A DNA stretch of 64,000 nucleotides from Verrucomicrobiota bacterium (GCA_037975925.1 JBANFR010000002.1:4041-68040), one strand, 5' to 3'; positions 1-8,965 are shown, counted from the stretch's first letter. Numbers and translations: made by a program. The notes: generated by a model from the sequence alone, not told the origin.

Positions 1-1
1 C

Positions 2-196
2 GAAAGCAGTTCCGACCCGAGGGGGCAATGGCTGACTGCCGGTGGGCGGGTTTTGGGGGTCACTGCGACCGGCAGTAACCTGATGCTTGCGAGGGAAAAG
101 GCCTACGCAGGTGTTGCGAAGATTGCCTTTGAAAACGCGCATTTTCGGAGCGATATCGCCGTCAAAGGCCTCGGTCCCGCGGAGGATGCTGGATGA
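2..196 (+). CDS. purD: phosphoribosylamine--glycine ligase (GAR synthetase), C-terminal fragment; the 5' end lies outside the window
   Basis: Not in the ORF track because there is no start in the window. Reading from base 2 gives ...LTAGGRVLGVTATGSNLMLAREKAYAGVAKIAFENAHFRSDIAVKGLGPAEDAG*. This matches the conserved PurD C-terminus (GGRVLxV...AY..v..I.F....R.DIg). The TGA at 194-196 overlaps the next ATG (ATGA). Confidence 0.6.
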   Translation, partial: ESSSDPRGQWLTAGGRVLGVTATGSNLMLAREKAYAGVAKIAFENAHFRSDIAVKGLGPAEDAG

Positions 197-1278
197 TGGG
201 GCATGGGCACATCTGGGGCTGGATCGCAGCAATCGGCCTGTTCTCCGGAGGTGCAGGAGCGATTTCCTCGCCGGTGCCTGCCTCTCCCCTCTCCCTCTTG
301 TCGGAATCGGATCTGGACCAAGCGCTCTCCGTTCTGGGTTCTCTCGCAATCCCCACCAAAGAGACCCCAACCGACGATTCGCGCCGGGTCGCTCTTGGGG
401 AGCTTTTAAAGCGTTTGGGCCCCGGATCCGGGATTTTTTCGGTCCCGCCCGGACCTCAGGCCGCGGAAAAAGAGTCAGCCTTTCCCTTTGTTCAGGAGCT
501 GCTTCCGGCCGGAGTGGGATTTATTCGCCCCGGAAAAATCACTCCTGAATCGCTCCCCCAATGGCGGCAATCTCTCCGAGATTTTGCGCAGATGGGGGTC
601 ACCTCCCTGATTCTCGACCTTCGGGCAAGCAATGGAGGGGGATCCGTTGCCGTCGCCGCCGAACTCTCCTCCCTTTTTGTTCCGGAAAACACCCCGCTGT
701 TTTCTGTTAGGGACTTGGAGTCCAATCAGCAGCGCTCGCTCCTTTCCAAAGAGGCAAAGCCCTACGCGTTTTCCCTCCTCGTTCTGACGACTTCTCAGAC
801 GGGGGGAGCGGCGGAAATTGTAGGGGCCGCTCTCAGAATCCACGCCGACGCTCTTGTTATCGGATCGCAGACGAAGGGACAGGCAGCCGAGTACGCGGAA
901 CGTCCACTTTCTGAAGGGAATTTTTTGCGATTTCCGAAAGCGTATGCGGTGTTTGAGGCGCTTCCGGACTTGTTTCCGAAGGGGCTCACTCCGGACCTCG
1001 CGATCGCGGTTCCCGAGTCCCGCACAGCCGAGATCCTGCGCGTGAGTTCGCAAGGGGGGAAAATAGCCGACTTTCTTTCTCAACCAGAACGTCCACGCCT
1101 CAACGAGGCTGCATTGGTGGCCGGCAAAAACCCCGAAACTGAACAGTGGATCCGAGACAAACTGGCCCGCAGCATCCCCCAACGCCCCTCGATTCCAAGG
1201 GATGCGGTTCTCGAGAGAGCGATGGATTTTGCAGCCGCCCAACGGGCGCTGAATTCGCCTACCCCCGTTTCTCCCTAA
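193..1278 (+). CDS. S41 (Tsp/CtpA)-family peptidase homolog, secreted; the nucleophile position appears substituted
   Basis: 361-aa ORF with an N-terminal hydrophobic signal-like segment (WGWIAAIGLFSGGAGA). It carries the S41-type blocks LILDLRASNGGG and SLLVLTTSQTGGAAEIVGAAL...VIGSQTKGQ. Confidence 0.7.
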   Translation: MMGHGHIWGWIAAIGLFSGGAGAISSPVPASPLSLLSESDLDQALSVLGSLAIPTKETPTDDSRRVALGELLKRLGPGSGIFSVPPGPQAAEKESAFPFVQELLPAGVGFIRPGKITPESLPQWRQSLRDFAQMGVTSLILDLRASNGGGSVAVAAELSSLFVPENTPLFSVRDLESNQQRSLLSKEAKPYAFSLLVLTTSQTGGAAEIVGAALRIHADALVIGSQTKGQAAEYAERPLSEGNFLRFPKAYAVFEALPDLFPKGLTPDLAIAVPESRTAEILRVSSQGGKIADFLSQPERPRLNEAALVAGKNPETEQWIRDKLARSIPQRPSIPRDAVLERAMDFAAAQRALNSPTPVSP

Positions 1279-1321
1279 GCGACTCGAGGCGGTGGAAAGC
1301 GGGGCGCCCCCCGGCTCGCTT

Positions 1322-1358
1322 CTTCCTCTGAAATCGAATGCGAGAGCATCAGAGGAAG
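1322..1358 (+). terminator. candidate stem-loop downstream of the S41-like gene (weak terminator)
   Basis: 10-bp perfect inverted repeat cttcctctga / tcagaggaag with a 17-nt loop, 44 nt after the stop at 1278. It is followed only by a GTGTTTG segment, so there is no clean T-tract. Confidence 0.3.
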
Positions 1359-1608
1359 GTGTTTGCCCACGACGGCGTGGAGACCGCGAGGCGGATTGCC
1401 ATCCAGTCTTGATGCGAATTTCCGGTTTCCCTCGATCCGTCGCTGAGCCCTCCCTTTGCGGGTTGCAGCTGTTTCCGAGCCCCAGCCTCGGCCTCAGCGC
1501 TCAAAGCAAACCGGAAAACGGCCTCCAAGAGTCGGATGCCGAAAATCCGCCTGCACGGTCCAATGAGGGTGACGCGCAAGGGGTGGCTCACCGAGTGCGT
1601 CTCCCGTT

Positions 1609-2220
1609 CTACTGGAGTTTCCGGTAGAAGCGCAGCGCTTCGATGCGGCTTTCAAATGCGCTCAGGGGAACCTTGCGCCCGCCCGATCCGGGGTCTTGGG
1701 CGACGTACTCAAGCCCCTCCTTGCCCACGACCAGCACAAAGTGGGTGCGTCCGCCATGAGGCCGGATCCGGACGATGACGGGGTTTCCCCGCAAAAGATT
1801 CCAATCCATCAGACGGTAACTGGGGAGGTCCTCGTAGGCGTGTTTGACTTTGTGAGGTTCAAATTCAGCCGCGACTTCCCAGTAAATCCAGCCCTGCGGC
1901 GTGTACCCGTGAGAGCGGGAAAGGAAATCATTGAGACGCTTCGGGTCCACGGCAATGCCGTAGGTGGCGAGTGCCATCGCGGCGGAGGTCACCGCGCAGC
2001 CCTCCGCGCCGAGTGTGCCCGGGGAGTCTCCCATACGATCCTCCCTCCAGAGGGGGTCCGCCTGAGCAAATGCAGGGGCGGAGATTTCCTTTTTCCAGGG
2101 AAAGTAGAGGCCGCCCCTCGGGGCGATCACTCCACGGGAGTCCCAAGAGTGCCAGACCGACCCGGCCAGCAGAAGCAAAGCGAGCACCCACCAAGTTCGC
2201 CAATGTCTGATGCGGCTCAT
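1609..2220 (-). CDS. membrane-anchored C39-like (papain-fold) cysteine peptidase domain protein
   Basis: I take the internal ATG at 2220 (MSRIRHWRTWWVLALLLLAGSVW, a signal anchor) as the start. That ATG overlaps the upstream stop as ATGA. The Cys/His/Asp-type arrangement is GAEGCAVTSAAMAL ... GGRTHFVLVVG ... AQDPG. Confidence 0.6.
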   Translation of the reverse strand: MSRIRHWRTWWVLALLLLAGSVWHSWDSRGVIAPRGGLYFPWKKEISAPAFAQADPLWREDRMGDSPGTLGAEGCAVTSAAMALATYGIAVDPKRLNDFLSRSHGYTPQGWIYWEVAAEFEPHKVKHAYEDLPSYRLMDWNLLRGNPVIVRIRPHGGRTHFVLVVGKEGLEYVAQDPGSGGRKVPLSAFESRIEALRFYRKLQ

Positions 2221-5200
2221 TCCGAACGTAGTGCTTCGAGGAGACGCTTGGGCATGGCCATGCGAACGGCGATTCCCACCGAGAGAAGCGAGGTGCTCGC
2301 CAGCACAAATAGCCAGGCGAACATGGGCGTCCATGCCACGGGTTCACCCTGGATTTCCAACCTCGGCACCGTAGTCAGCCATGCACAAATTCCGCCCACC
2401 GTGATTCCCAGAAAGATCTGCAGGCAATGCTCTGAAAGCAGAAGCCGACGCACCTGATTCCAACTCCACCCGGTGGCTTGGAGGAGGGCCAGTTCCCCCC
2501 GGCGATCCACCACGTTTCGTGCTGCCACTACCCCGCCTCCAACGGCTCCGAGCAGCACGCCCAGCCCGCCCAAGACCTGAAAGATCGAGAGGTAGGCATT
2601 GGCCACTGCATCCAACTCGGCAAGCCGCTGCGCCGCCGGGTTCAACTCCAGTCCGCGGTCCGCCAGTGCCCGACTCCATGCGGCACGGGTGCTTTCTTCC
2701 TTTCCTGCAGGAGCGTCCAAAAGAAGCACTCGGTACCCACCCAACTGGGGAAAAACGCGCTCAAACGCCTTCTGATCCATCAGGAGGGATCCCTGAAGAA
2801 TGGACCCACTGAGCGCAGCCACCAATCTCAGGCGAACCTCCCCACCCAGACCATCCGGAACTCGAATCTCGTCTCCGATGCGTTTCTGCAGTGCCCACAG
2901 CAAAGTGGCCTCGTCGGCGACCACCGGGATCCACCCCTCTCCTTCCGTTTGCAAAATCCTCCAGTTCGCTTGTGAAACAAATCGGAATGCCCCCAGGTCG
3001 GCCAATTCCTCGGAGGGAACGCCGAGGATCTGCGGTTGAATGGCCCGGTTGAGGTTCAGGCAACTCGCCTCGTCTCCTTCCTTTTTGCGTAACATCAGCG
3101 CTCGGACCCCCGTTTCCTTGGGAAGGGCGAGGAGGTCTCGGACCTCAGTCCGGTTGAGGTCTTCGTAAACCGGGGTCGCAAGTTCTCCAAAGAGTGCGAA
3201 TCCGCCCGTGCCCGATTGGCGGGGGAGTCCGGAAGGGGCGGGTGCTTTGCGGAAGACTTCGACGGAGAGTACCAGGAAGGAGCCGCTTGCGAGGACTCCC
3301 ACCAGAACGAGCGTTCTGCCGAAGCGGCGTCCCAAGTTTCGCCATGCGAGGTGCCTCGGCGCGGACATGCGTCCCTTCGCCCAGCGGCGCAGCAGCCAGC
3401 GAACTCCAAAGAGGAGGGCCACGAGCCAGAGGGCTCCGCCGCAGAAGAACCACAACGGCTCAGGGTTTTTGCGCCAAAGCGCTCCTCCCCAAAGGGCCAA
3501 CGCACCAAGGGCCGAGATGAGGGCCATGCCGCGTGCCTTTTTTCCCAATGGAGGAAGCGGCGCGGGCGTCGTGGAGGTTTCGGGCGCTTCTCCCGCCAGC
3601 AAGCTGCGGGGGGCCTTGCGAAAGGAGCGCCGGCTTACCCACGCGATCGCGATCCAGGCGGCCACCGAGCTTCCGCCGATGCCAAAAGCGAGGGAAAGCG
3701 GATCCCCGAAATAGCGGATTTCCGATCCGGAAACGGCGTCGCTCCAAATGGATCGGAGCGCGGAGAGGATGGCCCGGGTGTAGAGTACCCCCAATCCGCC
3801 ACCCAGCAGGCTCCCGATGCTGACCAAGCCGATTCCCTCCCACAAAAAGAGGGACCGCACGGTTCGGGCGGGCCATCCCAAGGCGAGGAGGGTACCCGCC
3901 TCCTGGGTCCGTTTTTCAACCATGAGCCCAAAAAGCAACCCGACCAGAACGAGGGCTGAGACGATCAGAAAGAAGCTGAAGCCAGCAAACAGACCGGCGA
4001 AATCCACTGGGGCATGGGTGGCTTCCATCGCCTTGGCTCGCAGGGGGACAAATTGAAATCCGGCGTCGGCGGGGGTGATGGTTTTGAGAAGATCCGACTT
4101 TGGGTTATCCAGAGTACCAGTGGTGTAGCGCAGAGAAGTGACTTTTCCCCAGCGGTTTGCCCACATTTTTTTGCCTTGCTCCAGCGAAAGAAACAACTTG
4201 GGCGTCCCCCGATATTGCTTCCAGTAGGCCTCGTCCTTGTCGCGGATTCTATCCAGCGAAAGTGCAAAGCCCGGCTTCCAATCGCGGCAGTTTCCGACGT
4301 CCGCCAGCCCCGGAAAATCCGGCATCCAGGAGGGGTTCCAGGCAGGGTCATCTTTGGACGCAACTCCGCGGATCTGGAAGGTTTGGGAGCGCTCTTCGAG
4401 AGTGCGCCGTTCGCCCATCACAAAATAGGACAGGTCGAGAGGATCTCCTGGCTGGACTCCGAGGTCTTCCGCGAGCCATTCGGAGATGACCACCTCGTTT
4501 TCCCGAAGGTCAGCCGGCAGAAAGGGAAGGGAGCCGGGGGGGGCTGCGGTCACCATCGAATAGGGGGTCGCCTGATCTCCCGAGCGGATGGAGTTGACGA
4601 AATAGGTGAGGGCTTGGGTGGCTGGGGGGAGTTTTTGGACGAGGGAATCCTCGAAAAAGACGCGCGGGGTGCGCAGCTCCGTCCCGTGCCCTGAGGGGTC
4701 CGGACGAGTCTGGAGTCCGGCATCTTCCAGTTGCCAGTGCTCAATCACGGCGGCCTGAAGTTCCGCAACGCCCATCGCGGCGGACAGCAGAAGGTTGGCC
4801 TTGCCCGGAGCCTCCAACCGCTGCTGGGTTAGTTCGAGGGGGAGGAACACCGTCGCGGGGGGGATCTGCGTGGCCTGGAGACCGAATCGTCCAAAGTGGG
4901 CGTCATCCGCGAAGGCAACCACGCGGACGCGGAGGGACTCTATGACCTCCTCCTCACCGGAGAGTGGGGCGTCCCGGGAGAACAACGAGGGTTTTTCCAC
5001 CCTCACGATGAGGCTCTCGCCGAGGGCGATGCCCAGACGGGCAGCGAGCGCTGTGTTAACGACGGCGTCGCCGGGCTGAAGTTCACGCCGGTCGGCCGCT
5101 GGCGCGAGTTCCCAGAACCGACTGTCCACGCCGAGCACTTGCACCTTGTTGATTCGCGCCTTTCCATCGGGTTTTGCGACGCTTCCCCGCAGCAGGAGTG

Positions 5201-5447
5201 CGGGGGCGAGTTTGGGCCCGATGGCTTCCGCGAGGGCGCTCCGGAAAAGGGTTTCCCCGCCCACGAGGGCCGACTCCACGCGCCCCACGCGCGCTTGCGC
5301 ATGCGAGCGGAGGGTGCCTCGAAGTGAATCTCCGACCAGCAGCGAGCCTGTCAGCACCATCGAGCACAGGACGGTCCCAAGCAGTGCACCGAGGTGGGCT
5401 CGCCAGTGGTGCGTAAGACCCGAGCGGATGAGTCGGAAAAAGCTCAT
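2217..5447 (-). CDS. ABC transporter permease, FtsX/MacB-like, large two-module form (1076 aa)
   Basis: Clusters of hydrophobic helices occur at the N-terminus, mid-protein (FAGFSFFLIVSALVLVGLLFGLMVEKRTQEAGTLLALGW...) and the C-terminus (SIFQVLGGLGVLLGAVGGGVVAARNVVDRRGELALLQATGW...). These are typical of duplicated FtsX domains separated by large soluble regions. ATGA overlaps occur at both ends. Confidence 0.8.
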   Translation of the reverse strand: MSFFRLIRSGLTHHWRAHLGALLGTVLCSMVLTGSLLVGDSLRGTLRSHAQARVGRVESALVGGETLFRSALAEAIGPKLAPALLLRGSVAKPDGKARINKVQVLGVDSRFWELAPAADRRELQPGDAVVNTALAARLGIALGESLIVRVEKPSLFSRDAPLSGEEEVIESLRVRVVAFADDAHFGRFGLQATQIPPATVFLPLELTQQRLEAPGKANLLLSAAMGVAELQAAVIEHWQLEDAGLQTRPDPSGHGTELRTPRVFFEDSLVQKLPPATQALTYFVNSIRSGDQATPYSMVTAAPPGSLPFLPADLRENEVVISEWLAEDLGVQPGDPLDLSYFVMGERRTLEERSQTFQIRGVASKDDPAWNPSWMPDFPGLADVGNCRDWKPGFALSLDRIRDKDEAYWKQYRGTPKLFLSLEQGKKMWANRWGKVTSLRYTTGTLDNPKSDLLKTITPADAGFQFVPLRAKAMEATHAPVDFAGLFAGFSFFLIVSALVLVGLLFGLMVEKRTQEAGTLLALGWPARTVRSLFLWEGIGLVSIGSLLGGGLGVLYTRAILSALRSIWSDAVSGSEIRYFGDPLSLAFGIGGSSVAAWIAIAWVSRRSFRKAPRSLLAGEAPETSTTPAPLPPLGKKARGMALISALGALALWGGALWRKNPEPLWFFCGGALWLVALLFGVRWLLRRWAKGRMSAPRHLAWRNLGRRFGRTLVLVGVLASGSFLVLSVEVFRKAPAPSGLPRQSGTGGFALFGELATPVYEDLNRTEVRDLLALPKETGVRALMLRKKEGDEASCLNLNRAIQPQILGVPSEELADLGAFRFVSQANWRILQTEGEGWIPVVADEATLLWALQKRIGDEIRVPDGLGGEVRLRLVAALSGSILQGSLLMDQKAFERVFPQLGGYRVLLLDAPAGKEESTRAAWSRALADRGLELNPAAQRLAELDAVANAYLSIFQVLGGLGVLLGAVGGGVVAARNVVDRRGELALLQATGWSWNQVRRLLLSEHCLQIFLGITVGGICAWLTTVPRLEIQGEPVAWTPMFAWLFVLASTSLLSVGIAVRMAMPKRLLEALRSE

Positions 5448-6127
5448 GAGATGCGCTCCAATTTCCCGTCGCGGAGTTCGTAGACTTGTTCCAACTGCCG
5501 TGCGAGGTCTAGGGAATGGGTGACCACCAGCAGCGCGACTTTCATGCTCCGGTTCAACTCGAGGAGTATTTCGCCCAAGTGGGAGGCCGTGTGGCGGTCG
5601 AGTGCCCCGGTGGGTTCGTCGGCGAGTAGCAGCTTGGGGTTGCCGGCCATGGCCCGAGCGACTGCGACACGCTGCTTTTCGCCCCCGGAAAGTTCTGCAG
5701 GCCGGTGCTGCAACCGATGGGCCAGTCCAAGAGAATCCAGGAGGGTGCGAGCACGCTCCTCAGTGGACTTTTGGATCTGCCGGGGTTTGACGAGGGAGGG
5801 TGCGAGCACGTTTTCAAGAACGGAGCACTGAGGCAGCAGGTGGTGCATCTGAAATACGAAACCCACAGAGTGAAGGCGGTAATCCGCGAGCTCGTTCTCA
5901 TTGAGTTGCCCAAGGTCCTGTCCGTTAACGCGAATCGAACCGGAGTCCGCCCGATCCAGTGCGCCCACGATATTGAGGAGGGTGCTTTTTCCGCTCCCAG
6001 AGGGCCCCACGATGGCCGCTGTTGCGCCCTCGGCCAGTGAGAAGTCCAAGTTCTTGAGGATCGGTAATGGAGCTCCCCCGAGCGGGGCTGGGTGCGCTTT
6101 GTACAAGTTTTGGATGTCGATCAACAT
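5444..6127 (-). CDS. ABC transporter ATP-binding protein (LolD/MacB-type)
   Basis: Walker A GPSGSGKST, signature LSGGEKQRVAVARA and Walker B LLLADEPTGALD are present. The start is set at the internal ATG (MLIDIQNLYK) rather than the longest ORF. The stop overlaps the permease ATG. Confidence 0.9.
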   Translation of the reverse strand: MLIDIQNLYKAHPAPLGGAPLPILKNLDFSLAEGATAAIVGPSGSGKSTLLNIVGALDRADSGSIRVNGQDLGQLNENELADYRLHSVGFVFQMHHLLPQCSVLENVLAPSLVKPRQIQKSTEERARTLLDSLGLAHRLQHRPAELSGGEKQRVAVARAMAGNPKLLLADEPTGALDRHTASHLGEILLELNRSMKVALLVVTHSLDLARQLEQVYELRDGKLERIS

Positions 6128-6368
6128 AGCGTGCGGTCCAATGGGAAGCGGGGGCGGCGGCTCCCCCATTTGTGAGCCCCTAGCCTTAAAGCGGGACTCT
6201 CGCGGCGAGAATTTCAAAAACCACCCTCTTGCGTCCGATAGAAGGTGCGGATGCGAAAACAGAGAGAGGTTGCTGGCGGTTTCTACTTGCAGCCTTCCGG
6301 TTCAACCATTATGTCCAACCCCTCTTTTTCTCTGCAATGCCCCCAAGGGCGTTCGGGAATTTTCTATT

Positions 6369-7136
6369 ATGCCCAAGTCTAAACCAGTAAAAACCGCCGC
6401 CGTAGCGACTGAGGTTTCCGCGCCTAAATCGTTGGAGGTCACGACTCGAGCTTCTGGAAAAAAGGCTGGCGTTGCCTCCTCGGCCAAGCCGACGAAAGAC
6501 TCCACCGAGGCTAAGTTATCGGCATCCGTTGCCAGCAAGAAGAAGCCTGAGAAGGTTGAGCCCGTGGCCGTTCGTTCGATTCCTGAAAAGCTTTCTCAGA
6601 GAAAAGTGGTTCCTAAGCCCGAGTTGATCCCGGACCACACTCCGGCAATCAAGGGAACTCCCGGAGTCATGACCCCGTGGTTGGAAATGCAGAAGGCCCG
6701 CATTCTCGAACTCCACGACTCGATTTTGGATTCCATGAACGGGGTGGCTAAAGACACTCTTCGCTCGCGGGCTGAGGGCAGTGAAGCGAGTGCCTTCGGG
6801 ATGCACCAAGCGGACGCAGGGAGCGATGCTTACGACCGTGATTTTGCCTTGTCTCTCCTGAGCCAGGAGCAGGATGCCTTGTACGAAATCGAGCAAGCTC
6901 TGAAGCGTATCGAGCTTGGTACCTATGGCATCTGCGAGATGAGCGGCAAAGAGATCATGAAGGCTCGATTGGAGGCCATGCCTTTTGCGCGTTATACTGT
7001 GGAGTGTCAGGCCGAGATCGAACGTCAGGGCAAGCTTCACAAGTCCCGTATGCCAGTCACTTCTCTCTTTGGTTTAACCGAAGAGGAGTCTCAAGAAGGC
7101 GAAGAAGAAGACCAGGTCACCGATTCCAAAGAATAA
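6369..7136 (+). CDS. DksA/TraR-family regulator homolog with a long Lys/Ala/Ser/Pro-rich N-terminal extension and a 2-Cys finger
   Basis: The C-terminal block LSQEQDALYEIEQALKRIELGTYGICEMSGKEIMKARLEAMPFARYTVECQAEIE aligns with the DksA zinc-finger region. The start is set at ATG 6369 (MPKSKPVK). The longer ORF from 5901 runs antisense through the ABC ATPase gene. Confidence 0.75.
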   Translation: MPKSKPVKTAAVATEVSAPKSLEVTTRASGKKAGVASSAKPTKDSTEAKLSASVASKKKPEKVEPVAVRSIPEKLSQRKVVPKPELIPDHTPAIKGTPGVMTPWLEMQKARILELHDSILDSMNGVAKDTLRSRAEGSEASAFGMHQADAGSDAYDRDFALSLLSQEQDALYEIEQALKRIELGTYGICEMSGKEIMKARLEAMPFARYTVECQAEIERQGKLHKSRMPVTSLFGLTEEESQEGEEEDQVTDSKE

Positions 7137-7157
7137 ACCAACACACCCTAAGTTCCC

Positions 7158-7331
7158 ATGGCCCGCGATTTTATCATCCTCGAGTGCACGGAAGCCCGCG
7201 CCGAAGGCAAGCCCGTGTCCCGCTATATTTCTTCTCGCAACAAGAAGAGCCCTAATACTCCAAACCGTCTTGAAAAGGTGAAGTATAACCCTTTTCTCCG
7301 TCGTCGCACTGTCCACCGCGAGACCAAGTAA
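7158..7331 (+). CDS. rpmG: 50S ribosomal protein L33
   Basis: 57-aa ORF, below the track cutoff: [57 protein letters not shown]. It has the typical L33 length and motifs (ECTE...Y.t.kNk.n.p.rLe..KY.P..r.h..H.E.K). Confidence 0.9.
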   Translation: MARDFIILECTEARAEGKPVSRYISSRNKKSPNTPNRLEKVKYNPFLRRRTVHRETK

Positions 7332-7344
7332 ACGAATCTAACTT

Positions 7345-7584
7345 ATGCAGCCCAAAACTCCTGAACGTCGCTCTGCTTTCCGTCGTGCGAATCGCTCGAT
7401 GCCCCGTCGCCGGATTGATATCGCTCTCGACGCCATTGACTGGAAAAACCCCGATCTTCTCCGCAAGTTTGTGACGGAACACGGGAAAATCCTCTCTCGC
7501 CGTTTGACCGGGATGCCCGCTCACTACCACCGGAAAATCACCCGCGAGATCAAGCGTTCCCGTCAGGCACTTTTGATGCCTTAA
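7345..7584 (+). CDS. rpsR: 30S ribosomal protein S18
   Basis: 79 aa. [49 protein letters not shown] matches the S18 core. Confidence 0.95.
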   Translation: MQPKTPERRSAFRRANRSMPRRRIDIALDAIDWKNPDLLRKFVTEHGKILSRRLTGMPAHYHRKITREIKRSRQALLMP

Positions 7585-7621
7585 TCCTGACATTTTGTTT
7601 TGAGTCCTTAGTGGACGCCTT

Positions 7622-7654
7622 GGGCCGCGCCTTGATGGGCGCGGCCCTTTTTTT
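7622..7654 (+). terminator. rho-independent terminator after rpmG-rpsR
   Basis: gggccgcgcc / ggcgcggccc is a 10-bp GC stem with a 6-nt loop, followed by T7 (7648-7654). Confidence 0.75.
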
Positions 7655-8007
7655 GTGAGGTCTTGCTTTTGTGCGCCTTCTGCCAAGTGGTTGGTTTTCT
7701 GAGGGATTCCTTCGCCTCGCGATTTCATTTTGGAGTGTTGATTTTTTTGAACATGCGGGAATCTGCGAGGTCTCACGACCACGGAATTAGAAGTCGAGAC
7801 GATGCGGTCGTTCACACAGAACTTTCTTCATCATTTCAAGGGCGGCGCTGGATGCCCAAGGGAGCTCCTTTATGAGTTTTCACGGGGTGGGGGGCGCGGA
7901 TTGATCCGGGGTGATCGCCCGCCCCAGTGCTTCCCAATCCTTTTTTCTCCTCTCGTTGTTTTTTCCGGATTCATGAGTCAACCCCTCTTCCCTCAAAACA
8001 TCTTCCT

Positions 8008-8937
8008 ATGATCAAAGTTGAGAACCTGACCAAACGTTACTCGGGCTTTACGGCTATTAAAGACCTCTCCTTCGAGGTGAAGCAGGGGGAGGTTGTTGGC
8101 TTTCTCGGGCCGAATGGGGCAGGAAAAAGCACCACCATGCGTATCCTAACCGGATACATGCCGGCGAGTTCTGGCCGAGTGTCTATCGCAGGATTCGATA
8201 TTTTTGCTCAATCTGTCGAGGCGAGAAGGCACATTGGATATTTGCCCGAAAGCACCCCTCTTTATCAGGATATGCGAGTTAGCGAATACCTTCGCTACCG
8301 TGCGGCATTAAAGGGAGTCCGTGGAGGAGATATTCGGGATAGAGTGGGTGACGTCCTGGAGATGTGTAATCTTCAGGAGAAAGAGCGTGCCATCATTGGT
8401 ACGCTTTCCAAGGGGCAAAAACAGAGGGTTGGTTTAGCGGATGCCTTGGTTCATGACCCTGATCTTTTGATATTGGATGAACCCACCATCGGCCTGGATC
8501 CGAACCAGATCCGGCAAGTTCGGGAACTCATTAAAAATTTGGCCCAGCGACGGACCGTGTTGATTTCCACCCACATTTTGCCGGAGGTGGAGATCATGTG
8601 CTCCCGAGTGATTGTGATTCACAAGGGGCGAATCCGTGCATCGGACACGGCAGAAAATTTGTTGCGTAACCATCGCTCGGCTGGGGTCGTCCGGGTGGAG
8701 TTGAGTCAGCCGTCGGCGGGGGTTCGTGAGTTACTGGCGGGCCTCCCGGGGGTGAAAGATGTGACGGAACAACCGATAAACGAAGGTGTGAGTTACTTGT
8801 TGCGAACAGATGCGGAGGCTAATCCGTCTGAACGCATCCTGCAGCTTGCAACTGACAAAAGATGGTCTTTGTCGGAATTAAGTCGCCGTAAACCGACCTT
8901 GGAGGACGTCTTTGTGGATCTCACCCAGGGAGAATAA
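8008..8937 (+). CDS. ABC transporter ATP-binding protein (ABC-2 / GldA-like subfamily)
   Basis: MIKVENLTKRYSG start, Walker A GPNGAGKST, signature LSKGQKQRVGLADAL and Walker B LLILDEPTIGLD. It is the first gene of a four-gene same-strand cluster. Confidence 0.85.
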   Translation: MIKVENLTKRYSGFTAIKDLSFEVKQGEVVGFLGPNGAGKSTTMRILTGYMPASSGRVSIAGFDIFAQSVEARRHIGYLPESTPLYQDMRVSEYLRYRAALKGVRGGDIRDRVGDVLEMCNLQEKERAIIGTLSKGQKQRVGLADALVHDPDLLILDEPTIGLDPNQIRQVRELIKNLAQRRTVLISTHILPEVEIMCSRVIVIHKGRIRASDTAENLLRNHRSAGVVRVELSQPSAGVRELLAGLPGVKDVTEQPINEGVSYLLRTDAEANPSERILQLATDKRWSLSELSRRKPTLEDVFVDLTQGE

Positions 8938-8965
8938 CTTTCAAGCCAAATAATCAAATTAATTT

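Noticed and set aside
1349-1591. An 80-aa minus-strand ORF and a 111-aa plus-strand ORF in the 330-nt convergent gap between the S41-like and C39-like genes.
   Set aside because: Neither has a recognisable motif, a ribosome-binding site or protein-like composition. I cannot tell whether the gap encodes an sRNA. No conserved structure beyond the hairpin at 1322-1358 was evident.
4536-4543. G8/C8 homopolymers in coding regions (4536-4543 in the FtsX permease, 43492-43499 in MscS) and an intergenic one (22466-22473), considered as a system of contingency loci.
   Set aside because: The number of such runs in 64 kb is about what the base composition predicts. All coding tracts are currently in frame. 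Only the tracts with a suggestive context (flagellin promoter, GT gene, longest G9) were kept as low-priority findings.
5901-6368. The N-terminal 156 codons of the 411-aa track ORF that contains the DksA homolog.
   Set aside because: This part runs antisense through the ABC ATPase gene and the intergenic region and has no protein-like character. The ATG at 6369 gives a sensible start.
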